Part shown: in pieces, positions 11,100-21,705 of the stretch
Position numbering within the stretch: the stretch's first letter is position 1
Layout of the letters: every line of letters starts with the position of its first letter
Assembly: GCA_902609885.1 (NCBI GenBank)
Contig: CACLTT010000001.1
Location: forward strand, 92,170-156,169
Source: an uncultured Candidatus Hydrogenedens sp.
GTDB taxonomy: Bacteria; Desulfobacterota_D; UBA1144
Direction: 5' to 3'
Length of the DNA: 64,000 nucleotides
Translations under genes and position numbers: made by a program
Notes under the pieces: model-generated
Databases searched by the model: none
Seen by the model: the letters and a program-made list of their open reading frames with translations, nothing else
Told to the model about the DNA's origin: nothing

Positions 11100-12641
11100 A
11101 TGAAAAAGTTTCTAGGCGCAGAACTATTTTTTGAGACTTTGTACAAGTTGGGGATCAAGACTATTTTTGGCTTGCCTGGAGGTTATGTATTAAAGATTTA
11201 TGATGTAATGCCATCATATGCAAAAAAAATTAATCATATATTAACAAGACATGAGCAAGCAGCAACTCATATGGCAGATGGTTTTTCAAGAGCTAGTGGT
11301 TTACCTGGGATTATTCTATGTACATCAGGGCCTGCTGCGACAAATACAATAACAGGAATCTCAACAGCTTATGCTGATTCAGTACCTGTATTGATTTTTA
11401 CTGGTCAAGTCCCTACGCCTTTTTTGGGTAGTGATGCATTTCAGGAAGCGGATCATATTGGAATAACTAGAACATGCACTAAACATAATACTCTTGTTAG
11501 AAAAACAATTGATTTACCTAAAGCGATTGCTGAAGCTCTTTATATATCAAACACTGGAAGAAAAGGACCAGTTTTGGTTGATATGCCCAAGGACGTAATA
11601 ATAGGTGAAAGCACTTTTAATTTTCCAAAAAGTGTAAAAATAAGTAGTTACGATGACAATATAAGCTTAAAAAATACTGAATATAAAAATTTTATTAATG
11701 CTTTTAAAATCTCAAAAAAACCTTTGTTTATTTTAGGAAGAGGTGCATGCTCATCTGACTCTCAAAAACATATGAGAAAAATACTTAAAAAATTCAAATC
11801 TCCTGCACTAACATCAATTCTTGCGTTAGGGCTGATAAGTGGATCAGAATATGACTGTGGTGTTTTAGACTATGATAGTTCTTCAATATCAAAAAATCTT
11901 ATTGAAGAATCAGATTTAATCATCTCAATCGGTTGTGATTTGTCAAAAATTATCAATATTAAAAAATTGCAAAATAAATTACTAGCTAATATTAATATAG
12001 ATAAAGTGGATTTAAATGTATTGAATGGGAGTGATATTAATTTACATTCAGATTCAGGTGAATTCATGAAAATGCTATCTGATGAAAATCAAATTGATTT
12101 TGATTGGACTGATAACGAAATAAGTGAAATCAGAAATAATTATAAAATAAATATTAAAAAAGAAATTGATTCAAATAAAAAAGCAAAGATATTTTCTTTA
12201 ATTTCTCGTATTTGTCCGAAAGATACAATTTACTGTTCAGATTTTAGTTATGATGAAGTTAATTTGCAAAAGTTTCTAGAAATTTCTGATTATAAAAATA
12301 ATTTAATGTCTGGTGGAAATGGCACACCAGGATATGGGTTTCCAGCAGCAATTGGTGCAACCTTTTCAAGGCCAAAATCTAAAGTTGTATCAATCTCATC
12401 AGGTAAAAATTTCCAATTTAATATGCAAGAAATGATAGTTGCCGTTGAGCAGAAAATTAACTTATCAATAGTTGTAATAAATGATTCGAGTGATGAAAAA
12501 TATCCTGGACCTAATTATAAACTTTTAGCGGAATCATTTAATGTTAGAGCCACTAGGACAAATATATCAACCCTCCTTGAGAAAGATTTAAAAAAGTTTC
12601 TCGACTATAAAGGTGTAACTTTGATCGAAATTCTAATTTGA
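11100..12641 (+). CDS. ilvB: Acetolactate synthase large-subunit homolog with degenerate FAD/ThDP-binding domains
   Basis: FGLPGG, RHEQAA, TSGPAATN, DAFQEAD, GPVLVDMPKD are intact; upstream of ilvN-ilvC; the GDG ThDP motif is missing. Confidence 0.85.
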   Translation: MKKFLGAELFFETLYKLGIKTIFGLPGGYVLKIYDVMPSYAKKINHILTRHEQAATHMADGFSRASGLPGIILCTSGPAATNTITGISTAYADSVPVLIFTGQVPTPFLGSDAFQEADHIGITRTCTKHNTLVRKTIDLPKAIAEALYISNTGRKGPVLVDMPKDVIIGESTFNFPKSVKISSYDDNISLKNTEYKNFINAFKISKKPLFILGRGACSSDSQKHMRKILKKFKSPALTSILALGLISGSEYDCGVLDYDSSSISKNLIEESDLIISIGCDLSKIINIKKLQNKLLANINIDKVDLNVLNGSDINLHSDSGEFMKMLSDENQIDFDWTDNEISEIRNNYKINIKKEIDSNKKAKIFSLISRICPKDTIYCSDFSYDEVNLQKFLEISDYKNNLMSGGNGTPGYGFPAAIGATFSRPKSKVVSISSGKNFQFNMQEMIVAVEQKINLSIVVINDSSDEKYPGPNYKLLAESFNVRATRTNISTLLEKDLKKFLDYKGVTLIEILI

Positions 12642-12691
12642 TTCATATATAATGATTAAATTAGATTAATTTATTATATGGAGTTGTAATA

Positions 12692-13171
12692 TTGAGACAT
12701 GTAATATCAATACTAGTAGATAATGAGCCAGGCGTTTTAGCTCGTATAGCAGGTTTGTTTACTGCGAGAGGATTCAACATTGAAAGTCTTTGTGTTGCTG
12801 AAACCGAAAAAAAATCACTATCTAGACTTACATTAGTTACTTCTGGTGATGATTGGATAATCGAACAAATAATTAAACGTTTTGAGAATATGATTAACGT
12901 TATTAAGGTTGATGATTTTAAAGAAACTGAAAGTTTGCAGCGAGAACTTTTGATTGCAAGAGTGACTCCAACTTCAAAAACTAGGTCAGAGGTTTTAAGA
13001 GTGGCTGATATTTTTCGTGCGAAAGTTGTTGATGTAGGTACAAAATCATATGCACTTGAAATTACTGGAAGTAAAGATAAGTTGGAGGCTTTTGTAGAAA
13101 TACTTAGGCCACTTGGTTTAAAAGAGATTAACAGAACAGGTTTAATATCACTGAAAAGAGAAAAAAATTAA
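12692..13171 (+). CDS. ilvN: Acetolactate synthase small (regulatory) subunit
   Basis: LVDNEPGVLARIAGLFTARGFNIESL ACT domain; TTG start after GGAG. Confidence 0.95.
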   Translation: MRHVISILVDNEPGVLARIAGLFTARGFNIESLCVAETEKKSLSRLTLVTSGDDWIIEQIIKRFENMINVIKVDDFKETESLQRELLIARVTPTSKTRSEVLRVADIFRAKVVDVGTKSYALEITGSKDKLEAFVEILRPLGLKEINRTGLISLKREKN

Positions 13172-13187
13172 TTTTATGGAGTAGTAT

Positions 13188-14204
13188 ATGAAAGTTTTTT
13201 ATGAAAAAGATTGTGATTTAAGTTTAATTAAAGATTTACATATTGGTATTGTAGGTTTTGGTAGTCAAGGCCATGCTCATGCATTAAATTTAAAAGATTC
13301 TAATATAAATGTATCTGTAGGTTTGAGAAAAGAAGGTGAAAGTTGGTCTAAAGCTGTTTCGGCGGGTCTCAATGTTTTAGAGGTTTCTGAACTGGTCAAA
13401 AAATCTGATATAGTTATGATTCTTGCGCCAGATACTAGTCAAAAAGATATATATGATAAACAAATAAAAAGTAATTTAACACCTGGAAAATATCTAGCTT
13501 TTGGACATGGATTTAATATTCATTATAATCAAATAGTTCCCGATAATGATATTAACGTTTTTATGGTAGCTCCAAAGGCCCCAGGCCATACTGTTAGAGG
13601 AACATATGAAGAAGGTGCGGGAGTTCCAGGATTAATTGCAGTTAATCAAGACCCTAGCGGGAATACCAAAAATATTGCATTAGCCTATGCAGCTGGAATA
13701 GGTTCAGCTAGAGTTGGAATTATAGAGACGACATTTAAAGATGAAACAGAAACAGATCTATTTGGTGAGCAATCTGTTCTTTGCGGCGGTCTCTCAAGTT
13801 TGATTCTTGCAGGATTTGAAACTTTAATTGAAGCTGGCTATCCACCAGAGATGGCTTATTTTGAGTGTTTACATGAAGTAAAACTCATAGTCGATTTAGT
13901 TTATCAAGGTGGGATATCTAATATGAGATATTCAATTAGTGATACTGCTAAATACGGCGATATTACAAGAGGACCAAGATTAATTGATGATTCTGTTAAA
14001 AAAAGAATGAAGAATATTCTAGATGAAATTCAAAGTGGGCAATTCGCTGACGAATGGATCAACGAGAATAAGTCAGGTAGGCCAAATTACAATAAACTTT
14101 TAAAAGAGGGCGAGACTCATCCGATTGAAGATATAGGTGAAACACTTAGATCAATGATGACCCCTTTATTTAAGAAAAAACTTGTAGATAAAGATAAAAA
14201 TTAG
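13188..14204 (+). CDS. ilvC: Ketol-acid reductoisomerase
   Basis: [38 protein letters not shown]. Confidence 0.98.
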   Translation: MKVFYEKDCDLSLIKDLHIGIVGFGSQGHAHALNLKDSNINVSVGLRKEGESWSKAVSAGLNVLEVSELVKKSDIVMILAPDTSQKDIYDKQIKSNLTPGKYLAFGHGFNIHYNQIVPDNDINVFMVAPKAPGHTVRGTYEEGAGVPGLIAVNQDPSGNTKNIALAYAAGIGSARVGIIETTFKDETETDLFGEQSVLCGGLSSLILAGFETLIEAGYPPEMAYFECLHEVKLIVDLVYQGGISNMRYSISDTAKYGDITRGPRLIDDSVKKRMKNILDEIQSGQFADEWINENKSGRPNYNKLLKEGETHPIEDIGETLRSMMTPLFKKKLVDKDKN

Positions 14205-14206
14205 TA

Positions 14207-14857
14207 ATGAAAATAGATTATGAATGGACAGTTGCAAAAGAAGGCTATATTCCTATTTTGGTGTCCATATTTATTACTTGGATTTCCACTGCATTATTAG
14301 GAGTTTCTTTTTTTTCCTTAATTGTCTTTATACTTTTATTATTAGTAATTTATTTTTTTAGAGACCCAGATCGAATTTTACTTAATAAAAATGGATTAAT
14401 TTCACCAGCAGATGGAAAAATAATATCAGTTGATCTATTTAAAGAAACAGAGTTTTTAAATAAAGAAATGAGGCGAGTTTGTATATTTTTATCAATATTT
14501 GATTGCCATATAAATAGAGCCCCAACTAAAGTAAAAGTTATTGAAACTAGATATTATCCTGGTGCTTTTTTCTTTGCTAATTCTTCGAGATGTATAGAAA
14601 ACGAAAGACTTTATATTCATATGAGAGATGAGAATAATGAAGATATTATTTTAATACTTTATGCAGGTTTTATAGCAAGAAGGATTGTGCCATATATCAA
14701 AAATGGTGATTTTTTAAATAAGGCTGATAGACTAGGAATTATAAAGTTCGGATCGAGGGTAGATATTTATGTTTCAAATGATTATTCTTGTAATTTTAAA
14801 GAGGGAGATAGTGTCGTAGCGGTAGAATCGTTATTGTTTGAAAAAGATGAAAAATAA
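14207..14857 (+). CDS. psd: Phosphatidylserine decarboxylase proenzyme
   Basis: FFRDPDR, SPADGK, HINRAP, KFGSRVD self-cleavage motif. Confidence 0.93.
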   Translation: MKIDYEWTVAKEGYIPILVSIFITWISTALLGVSFFSLIVFILLLLVIYFFRDPDRILLNKNGLISPADGKIISVDLFKETEFLNKEMRRVCIFLSIFDCHINRAPTKVKVIETRYYPGAFFFANSSRCIENERLYIHMRDENNEDIILILYAGFIARRIVPYIKNGDFLNKADRLGIIKFGSRVDIYVSNDYSCNFKEGDSVVAVESLLFEKDEK

Positions 14858-15611
14858 AAAATTAATTTCTTTAATACCAAACCTTTTAACTTCATTAGCT
14901 TTATTAATGGGGCTGCTGGCTATCTTTAATGTAATAAATAGTAGTTTTAATTATGAAACCTTTTTAGGTTTTGAAAAACCATTATGGTGGACATGTATTT
15001 TTATATATACTGCTGCTTTTATAGATTTCCTCGACGGAAAAATTGCTCGTTTGCTTAATAAAGATTCTGTTTTTGGTATGCACTATGATTCTTTATGTGA
15101 TTTAATTTCTTTTGGTCTAGCTCCTTCTATTTTGGCTTATTCAACATATCTTTATCAATTTGAAAAATTTGGTCTTATAACATGCATTTTTTATGTGTTG
15201 TGCGTTTCTTTAAGACTTGCTAGATTTAATACTTTATCACATGATGAAAAAGAAAGTTTTTTTATTGGCCTTCCAAGCCCCATGGCAGCAGGACTAATAG
15301 TTTCAGTTGTTATCCTTAATTTAAAATTTAATATATTTTCTGTTAGTAATGTCAGCTATTTATTTCTATTTTTAATACCTTTTGTTGGCCTCTTAATGGT
15401 CAGTAATACTATTTTTATTAAGAAATTGAAAATAAAAGGAATGACTAAATTTAATTCACTAATAATTATATCAATTCTCTCATTGGCCTTGCTGACCAAT
15501 ATTGAATTAGGATCTTTTATCTTCTTCTATTTTTATTTATTCTTTTCACTTTTTAAATATTTTTTATTTAAATTTAGAAGAAAAATTAGTGAGACAAAAG
15601 AAAGTTTTTAA
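14847..15611 (+). CDS. pssA: CDP-diacylglycerol--serine O-phosphatidyltransferase
   Basis: PNLLT, DFLDGKIAR...G...DSLCD CDP-alcohol motif, RLARFN, FIGLPSP; follows psd. Confidence 0.92.
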   Translation: MKNKKLISLIPNLLTSLALLMGLLAIFNVINSSFNYETFLGFEKPLWWTCIFIYTAAFIDFLDGKIARLLNKDSVFGMHYDSLCDLISFGLAPSILAYSTYLYQFEKFGLITCIFYVLCVSLRLARFNTLSHDEKESFFIGLPSPMAAGLIVSVVILNLKFNIFSVSNVSYLFLFLIPFVGLLMVSNTIFIKKLKIKGMTKFNSLIIISILSLALLTNIELGSFIFFYFYLFFSLFKYFLFKFRRKISETKESF

Positions 15612-15623
15612 TTAAAATATAAA

Positions 15624-18218
15624 ATGATAAATACTCAAGAATATTTTTTAGCAAATGGCTTAAGAGTTATATTAAAAGATGTTCCAAATTCAACGGTCTC
15701 TTCCGTTTTTGTTTGGGTAAAAACTGGCAGTGCTTATGAAAATGATCATGAAAGAGGACTTGCGCATGTTCATGAACACATGATTTTTAAAGGAACCTCT
15801 AAATTAGGCGTAGGGGAGATATCAAAAAAAATAGAGTCTTATGGAGGAGATGTTAATGCTTTCACGTCTTTTGATGAAACTGCATACTTTGCCACTGTAT
15901 CAAATGATTTTGTCCCACAGGTTTTAAATATTTTTTCTCAATGTATGTATGACGCAACTTTTGATAGTGAAGAATTATCTAAAGAGCTTGAAGTTATATT
16001 GGAAGAAATTAAAAGAGGCAATGATTCACCTTCTAACAGGTTATGGGATATGGTATTTGAATCAGTATTTAATGGAAACGATTATAGTTTGCCAATAATT
16101 GGTACACCTAAATCAGTATCAAGCTATAAACAAGAAGATATAAAAAATTTTTATAATAAGTGGTATGTCGCTAAGAATATGTCAGTAATTATAGTTGGGT
16201 CAATTAATAATAAGAATATAAAAAAAAATATTGAAAGATACTTTTCACCTCTTAGAAATAATGAGGTACCTCAAATATCTAAAAATTTTAAAATATCTGA
16301 TGATCAAAGAATTCTATGTAATTTTCAAGAAATGGATGTTAATGAAAGTTATTTTAATATATCTTTTTCTACTCCTGATGCTAATGACTTAAAATATGCA
16401 TCATTCGATTTATTTTCAGCAATTTTGGGGTCTGGTGAAAGTTCCATACTATATAAAAAAATTAAAGAAGAACTCGGGTTAGTAACAACAATATCATCTG
16501 GAAATTATACTCTTAGGCATGGTGGTTTATTTTATATTCAAGGAACTACAGTAAATAGAGATATTTATCATGTAATTTATAAAATAATAGATTATTTTGT
16601 TGAATTAGTGAATGGAAATTTTGATAAAGATCAACTGCAAAGGGTTAAGACTGAAATATTGCTAAATGATATTTATAGTCAGGAAACTGTCCAAAGCCAA
16701 GCACGAACAATTGGGAATTTATTTTCCAATAATCAAGATTTAAGTTTTATAGATCAATACAAAAATGTAATTGTTTCTCTCAGTAAAAAAGATTTATTAG
16801 ATAATATTAAAAAAAATTTTAATGTAAAAAAATTAAAGTTTAATTTTTTATCGCCCATAAATACAAATCTTACTAAACCCAAAGATTTTGAAAAGATTAT
16901 AAAAGATAAAATTAAATTTAATAAAGAAATAGATAATGATATAAAAGACTTTAAGAGTATTAATTACTCGCTAAAAAAAATAATATCTCCTGATGTTAAA
17001 GTTTATGATTTAGATTCAAATATAAAACTTTTGTGTATGCAAAATAACAAAACTCCTCTTATATCTTTAAGGGCAGCATCTTTGGGAGGTTCAAATTATG
17101 AAAATAATGAAACAAATGGCTCTTTCGGGCTACTCAGTGAAATGTTTTTGAGAGGTTCTGAAAAATTTAGTAAGAACGAAATAGCTATGAAAACAGAAAT
17201 TTTGGGTTCGGAATTTAGCGGTTTTTCTGGTCGAAATTCTTTTGGTTTAAAAATGATTGGTCCTTCAGATCATATTAATAAATTAATACCTATATTTTCA
17301 GATGTAGCGTTAAATCCAACATTTCTTGATAGTGAATTTCAGATTGCCAAATCTGATACATTGTCATATATTTCAAAACTTTCTAAGAATTCATCAGCAG
17401 TTGTAAGTGATATTTTTTTTAAAAATCTTTTTAGGGACCACTCTTATGGATTAAATCAAATAGGTACAATAAATTCTGTTACAAATATTTCTATATCCGA
17501 GATAAAGAAAATTCATAATAATTTTATAAATAAAAATAATTTAATTCTATGTGCGATTGGAAATTTTGATTTCTTAGAATTAAAAAATAACTTAGATGAG
17601 CACTTTAAAATAGAATCTAATAATTTCAAAATTCCTGAAATAGAACCATTCCAAAGAATTAATAAAAATGTAAGTGAAAATATCAAATTAGGAGATAAAC
17701 AACAATCTCATATTATTGTTGGTACATATGCTCCTAATATAAAATCTGATGAAAGATATATTTTTAATATAATAAACAGCGTTTTATCAGGAATGGGTGG
17801 AAGATTATTTATAGAATTAAGAGATAAGAAAAGTCTAGCTTATTCGGTAACGTCTTTTTTCACACCCACTCTTGAGTATGGATATTTTGGTATCTATATT
17901 GGATGTTCGCCTACAAAAAAAATGGAAAGTATTAATTCAATTAATAATGAATTAGAAAAACTATTAACTAATGGTATTTCTGAAAATGAGCTAGACAGAG
18001 CCAAAAATTCTTTGATTGGTAAAAATGATATATCTCTTCAAAGAAATACATCTATCAACTCAAGAATATCTATTCCATTTTTATATGGTCTTGATCCCAA
18101 CGAGCCATTTACATTTGCGCAAAAAATTAGATCCATTAATAAAACTGAAGTAGATTCAGTTATTCAAAAATTTTTTGATAAAACAAATTTTGTTACTGTA
18201 TCAGTTGATCCAAATTGA
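15624..18218 (+). CDS. M16 family zinc peptidase, two fused M16 modules
   Basis: HVHEH (HxxEH), NAFTS, EEIKR; second module has RLFIELRDKKSLAY. Confidence 0.9.
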   Translation: MINTQEYFLANGLRVILKDVPNSTVSSVFVWVKTGSAYENDHERGLAHVHEHMIFKGTSKLGVGEISKKIESYGGDVNAFTSFDETAYFATVSNDFVPQVLNIFSQCMYDATFDSEELSKELEVILEEIKRGNDSPSNRLWDMVFESVFNGNDYSLPIIGTPKSVSSYKQEDIKNFYNKWYVAKNMSVIIVGSINNKNIKKNIERYFSPLRNNEVPQISKNFKISDDQRILCNFQEMDVNESYFNISFSTPDANDLKYASFDLFSAILGSGESSILYKKIKEELGLVTTISSGNYTLRHGGLFYIQGTTVNRDIYHVIYKIIDYFVELVNGNFDKDQLQRVKTEILLNDIYSQETVQSQARTIGNLFSNNQDLSFIDQYKNVIVSLSKKDLLDNIKKNFNVKKLKFNFLSPINTNLTKPKDFEKIIKDKIKFNKEIDNDIKDFKSINYSLKKIISPDVKVYDLDSNIKLLCMQNNKTPLISLRAASLGGSNYENNETNGSFGLLSEMFLRGSEKFSKNEIAMKTEILGSEFSGFSGRNSFGLKMIGPSDHINKLIPIFSDVALNPTFLDSEFQIAKSDTLSYISKLSKNSSAVVSDIFFKNLFRDHSYGLNQIGTINSVTNISISEIKKIHNNFINKNNLILCAIGNFDFLELKNNLDEHFKIESNNFKIPEIEPFQRINKNVSENIKLGDKQQSHIIVGTYAPNIKSDERYIFNIINSVLSGMGGRLFIELRDKKSLAYSVTSFFTPTLEYGYFGIYIGCSPTKKMESINSINNELEKLLTNGISENELDRAKNSLIGKNDISLQRNTSINSRISIPFLYGLDPNEPFTFAQKIRSINKTEVDSVIQKFFDKTNFVTVSVDPN

Positions 18219-18267
18219 TTTTAATATATAGAATCAGTATATTAATACATTCATTTTAATAATGAAT

Positions 18268-18349
18268 GGGAGCGTGGCGAAATTGGTAGACGCACTAGAT
18301 TTAGGATCTAGCGCCTTCGGGTGTGGGGGTTCGAGTCCCCCCGCTCCCA
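18268..18349 (+). tRNA. tRNA-Leu(TAG)
   Basis: GGGAGCG/CGCTCCC acceptor stem, anticodon arm CTAGA-TTTAGGA-TCTAG, long variable arm, GGTTCGAGTC T-loop; no encoded CCA. Confidence 0.96.
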
Positions 18350-18364
18350 TATTGGAGAAATTAT

Positions 18365-19678
18365 ATGAGTTTTGAAATTATTGAGATTAGTAAAACTGAG
18401 AAGCAAGCAAAATTTAATGTAAGTGAGAAAGAGGTATCTAATGGATTTATAGAAGTTGCTAAGCTGTACCAGAAAGATGCAGATGAAAAAGGATTTAGAA
18501 AAGGAAAGGTTCCATTAAATATTATTGAATCCAAATATTCTAAACAAATTTTAGAAGAACTAAAAAGTAGATTGATTAATCTATACGTAAGAAAATTATC
18601 AATCGAGAATAACCTTAATGTAGTTAGAACATCCAAATTAAAAGATCAAGGAATAAGCAAAAGTTCTGATTTTAAATTCGAAATTAATGTTGAAATAATT
18701 CCAGAATTCAAACTAAAAGATTACAAAAAAATAAGTATTGAAAAAGAAGTCTTCAAATTAACAAAAAAGGAAATAACCGAGGCAAAATCAAATGTAATGA
18801 ATAATTTTGCCACCACAGAAGAAGTTCCAAAAAGAAAGAAAATAAAAAAAGGTGATTTTGCAGATATTAATTTTTCTGGATTCATAGAAACAAAAGAAAT
18901 CGAAAAGTTAAAAAGACAAAATGCTATAGTTGAAATTGGTAATGGTTCTTTGATTCCAGAAATTGAAAATGAGATTTTGAATGCTGAGAAAAATAAAGAA
19001 GTTGAATTTTTTGTTACATATCCAAAAGATTTTCCCATTGAAGATGCCGCATCTAAAAAAGTAAAATGTTTGTTAAAGATAAATAAAATTTTAAAAAAAG
19101 TAACACCAATAATAAATCAAGAGTTTTTGGAAAAAATAGGGTTTAAAACTGAAGATGATTTTGATAAAAGAATTTCTGAAGATCTTAATACATCTTTGGA
19201 ACAAAAGTCCCAATCATCTCTAAGAAAAAATCTATTTGATGAATTAATTGATCAGAATGAATTTGATTTTCCTCAATCTTTTGTAGATGATGAAAAGATA
19301 AGATTGAAACAAGATTATAAAAACAAAATGGCTCAACAAGGTATTAAAGTGGAAGATCTTGATGATAAAACACTTAAAGTAATTGACGACTCTGCATTCA
19401 GAAATGTCAAAATTGCATTGATTTTTGCAGAAATTTCTAAATTGGAAAATATTATTGCTGAAGATAAAGAGGTGGGCGAATATTTAGCTGCCTTTGCTTC
19501 ATCACAAAAAGTACCTGTAGATAAAGTATTAAAATATTATAAAGACAATAATTTATTAAATGATGTTAAAGTTAAGCTTACAGATGAAAAAGTTATTCAA
19601 TTTTTAATTTCCAGTGCAAAAATTAAGGAAGTAAAGCCCAAAGAAGAAAAGAAAAAGCCTAAAAAAGATAAAAGTTAA
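18365..19678 (+). CDS. tig: Trigger factor
   Basis: GFRKGKVP ribosome-binding motif, FKBP domain; start moved to the ATG at 18365 (GGAG RBS) because the longer ORF runs into the tRNA; tRNA-Leu-tig-clpP order. Confidence 0.93.
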   Translation: MSFEIIEISKTEKQAKFNVSEKEVSNGFIEVAKLYQKDADEKGFRKGKVPLNIIESKYSKQILEELKSRLINLYVRKLSIENNLNVVRTSKLKDQGISKSSDFKFEINVEIIPEFKLKDYKKISIEKEVFKLTKKEITEAKSNVMNNFATTEEVPKRKKIKKGDFADINFSGFIETKEIEKLKRQNAIVEIGNGSLIPEIENEILNAEKNKEVEFFVTYPKDFPIEDAASKKVKCLLKINKILKKVTPIINQEFLEKIGFKTEDDFDKRISEDLNTSLEQKSQSSLRKNLFDELIDQNEFDFPQSFVDDEKIRLKQDYKNKMAQQGIKVEDLDDKTLKVIDDSAFRNVKIALIFAEISKLENIIAEDKEVGEYLAAFASSQKVPVDKVLKYYKDNNLLNDVKVKLTDEKVIQFLISSAKIKEVKPKEEKKKPKKDKS

Positions 19679-19726
19679 TAAAATTGCTTAATTGACTATA
19701 ATTTTTCCTTAATTAAAATCAACATA

Positions 19727-20335
19727 ATGACAAATTCATTTTTTGTACCTATGGTTGTTGAGCAAAGTTCCAGAGGCGAAAGAGCTTTTGATATATATTC
19801 AAGACTCTTAAATGAAAGAATTATCTTTCTTGGTGGCCCAATAGATGATAATTTAGCAAATATTATAGTTGCTCAAATTCTATTCCTTGAGTCAGTTGAT
19901 AAAGAAAAAGACATAAATTTATACGTAAATTCACCTGGTGGCAGTGTAACTGCGGGATTAGCAATTTATGATGCAATGCAATATGTTTCTAATAATGTTT
20001 CGACAATGTGTTTTGGAATGGCGGCTAGTATGGGGGCTGTTATTTTGGCAAGTGGTACTGAAGGAAAGAGATTTTCTTTACCTAATTCGACTATAATGCT
20101 TCATTCAGTTGGGACACAACTTGGTGGACAATATCATGATCTAGAAAAAGAAATGGAAGAGACTAAAAGGAAGCAAGGAGTCATATCAGAAATTCTATCA
20201 AAACATCTCAAGAAAGATATTGATCAAATTACCGCAGATATCCAAAGAAATTTTTATCAAACTGCTGAAAATGCTTTGAAATATGGACTGATTGATACTA
20301 TTATAAGTAATAAAGAGGATAAAAATGGCAATTGA
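19727..20335 (+). CDS. clpP: ATP-dependent Clp protease proteolytic subunit
   Basis: [25 protein letters not shown]. Confidence 0.98.
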   Translation: MTNSFFVPMVVEQSSRGERAFDIYSRLLNERIIFLGGPIDDNLANIIVAQILFLESVDKEKDINLYVNSPGGSVTAGLAIYDAMQYVSNNVSTMCFGMAASMGAVILASGTEGKRFSLPNSTIMLHSVGTQLGGQYHDLEKEMEETKRKQGVISEILSKHLKKDIDQITADIQRNFYQTAENALKYGLIDTIISNKEDKNGN

Positions 20336-21593
20336 TTCTAAGGATAATTTGCATTGTTCTTTCTGTGGTAAAGGACAAAAAGAGGTAAAAAAATTAATAG
20401 CTGGGCCAACTGTATATATATGCAACGAATGTGTTGACTTGTGTAACGAAATTATTGATGACGAAGATGAAAAAAATATTGAATCTGAACTTCAAGAAGA
20501 GATTCCAAAACCTTTTGAAATCAGGGAGCATTTAGATTCATATGTTATAGGTCAAGAGAAAGCAAAAAAATATCTTTCAGTAGCCGTTTATAACCATTAC
20601 AAAAGAATTTCATTTAATTCATTGCCAAAGAAAAGGAATGATCCTATGTCCGATGTTGAGATACAAAAAAGTAATATTATGCTCATTGGACCTACTGGCT
20701 CTGGTAAGACTTTGTTAGCGCAAAGCTTGGCAAAATACTTGAATGTCCCTTTTACTATTGTTGATGCGACATGTTATACCGAAGCAGGATATGTTGGAGA
20801 GGATGTTGAAAATATGCTTGTAAGTTTGCTTCAAGCTGCAGATTTTGATGTTGGACAAGCCGAAAAAGGAATAATTTATCTTGATGAAGTTGATAAATTA
20901 GCCCGTAAAAGTGGTGATAGTCCATCTATAACACGAGATGTTTCTGGTGAAGGTGTTCAACAAGCTTTATTAAAAATTATTGAAGGATCTGTTGTTAATG
21001 TTCCTCCAAAAGGAGGAAGAAAGCATCCGCAGCAAGAATTTGTTCCAATAGACACTAGCAACATTTTATTTATTCTAGGTGGATCTTTCAGTGGACTTGA
21101 AAAAATAATTTCGGAGAGGGTTGGAAAAAATATTATAGGTTTTTCATCTAAAAAAATTGAAGAGGATGAAAAGAGTTCGGTTAAAGTCAGATCCGAAGAT
21201 TTAGTAAAGTTTGGTTTTATTCCAGAATTTATAGGTAGGATTCCAGTAATAACATCCTTGAACCAGCTTGATCAAGAATCATTAATTCAAATATTAACTG
21301 AACCAAAAAATGCTTTAATTAAGCAATATCAAAAATTAGTAAGTTTGAATGATAATGTTAAATTAGAATTTACAAATGATGCTCTAATTTCAATTGCATC
21401 AGAGGCTTTGAAGAGGGGCACTGGAGCAAGAGGCTTGAGATCGATTATCGAAAACTCTATCCTGGATATAATTTATGATTTACCAAACCAGCCAGGCGTT
21501 ACTAAATGTTTAGTTACAGATGAGGTAATAAATGATAATAAGAGACCTTTATTATCTTTTGAAAATAGTAATAAAACTAACAGTAATTCTTAA
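20325..21593 (+). CDS. clpX: ATP-dependent Clp protease ATP-binding subunit ClpX
   Basis: CSFCGK zinc finger, [21 protein letters not shown] loop, GARGLR. Confidence 0.98.
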   Translation: MAIDSKDNLHCSFCGKGQKEVKKLIAGPTVYICNECVDLCNEIIDDEDEKNIESELQEEIPKPFEIREHLDSYVIGQEKAKKYLSVAVYNHYKRISFNSLPKKRNDPMSDVEIQKSNIMLIGPTGSGKTLLAQSLAKYLNVPFTIVDATCYTEAGYVGEDVENMLVSLLQAADFDVGQAEKGIIYLDEVDKLARKSGDSPSITRDVSGEGVQQALLKIIEGSVVNVPPKGGRKHPQQEFVPIDTSNILFILGGSFSGLEKIISERVGKNIIGFSSKKIEEDEKSSVKVRSEDLVKFGFIPEFIGRIPVITSLNQLDQESLIQILTEPKNALIKQYQKLVSLNDNVKLEFTNDALISIASEALKRGTGARGLRSIIENSILDIIYDLPNQPGVTKCLVTDEVINDNKRPLLSFENSNKTNSNS

Positions 21594-21705
21594 AAAATAA
21601 GCCATTTTCTCCTATTTTTGTCTTATTTTCGCATTTTTCTTGCATAAAACATATAAATGGTTATTTTGATTATATAGAGTAACTTTCAAACTCTGGAGGT
21701 TTTTT

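Noticed and set aside
15624-18218. Second M16 module lacks HxxEH
   Set aside because: This is the normal architecture of fused M16 peptidases.
18323-18364. N-terminal extension of the tig ORF (MGVRVPPLPYWRNY)
   Set aside because: It is a translation of the tRNA-Leu 3' half; the real start is the ATG at 18365 with a GGAG RBS.
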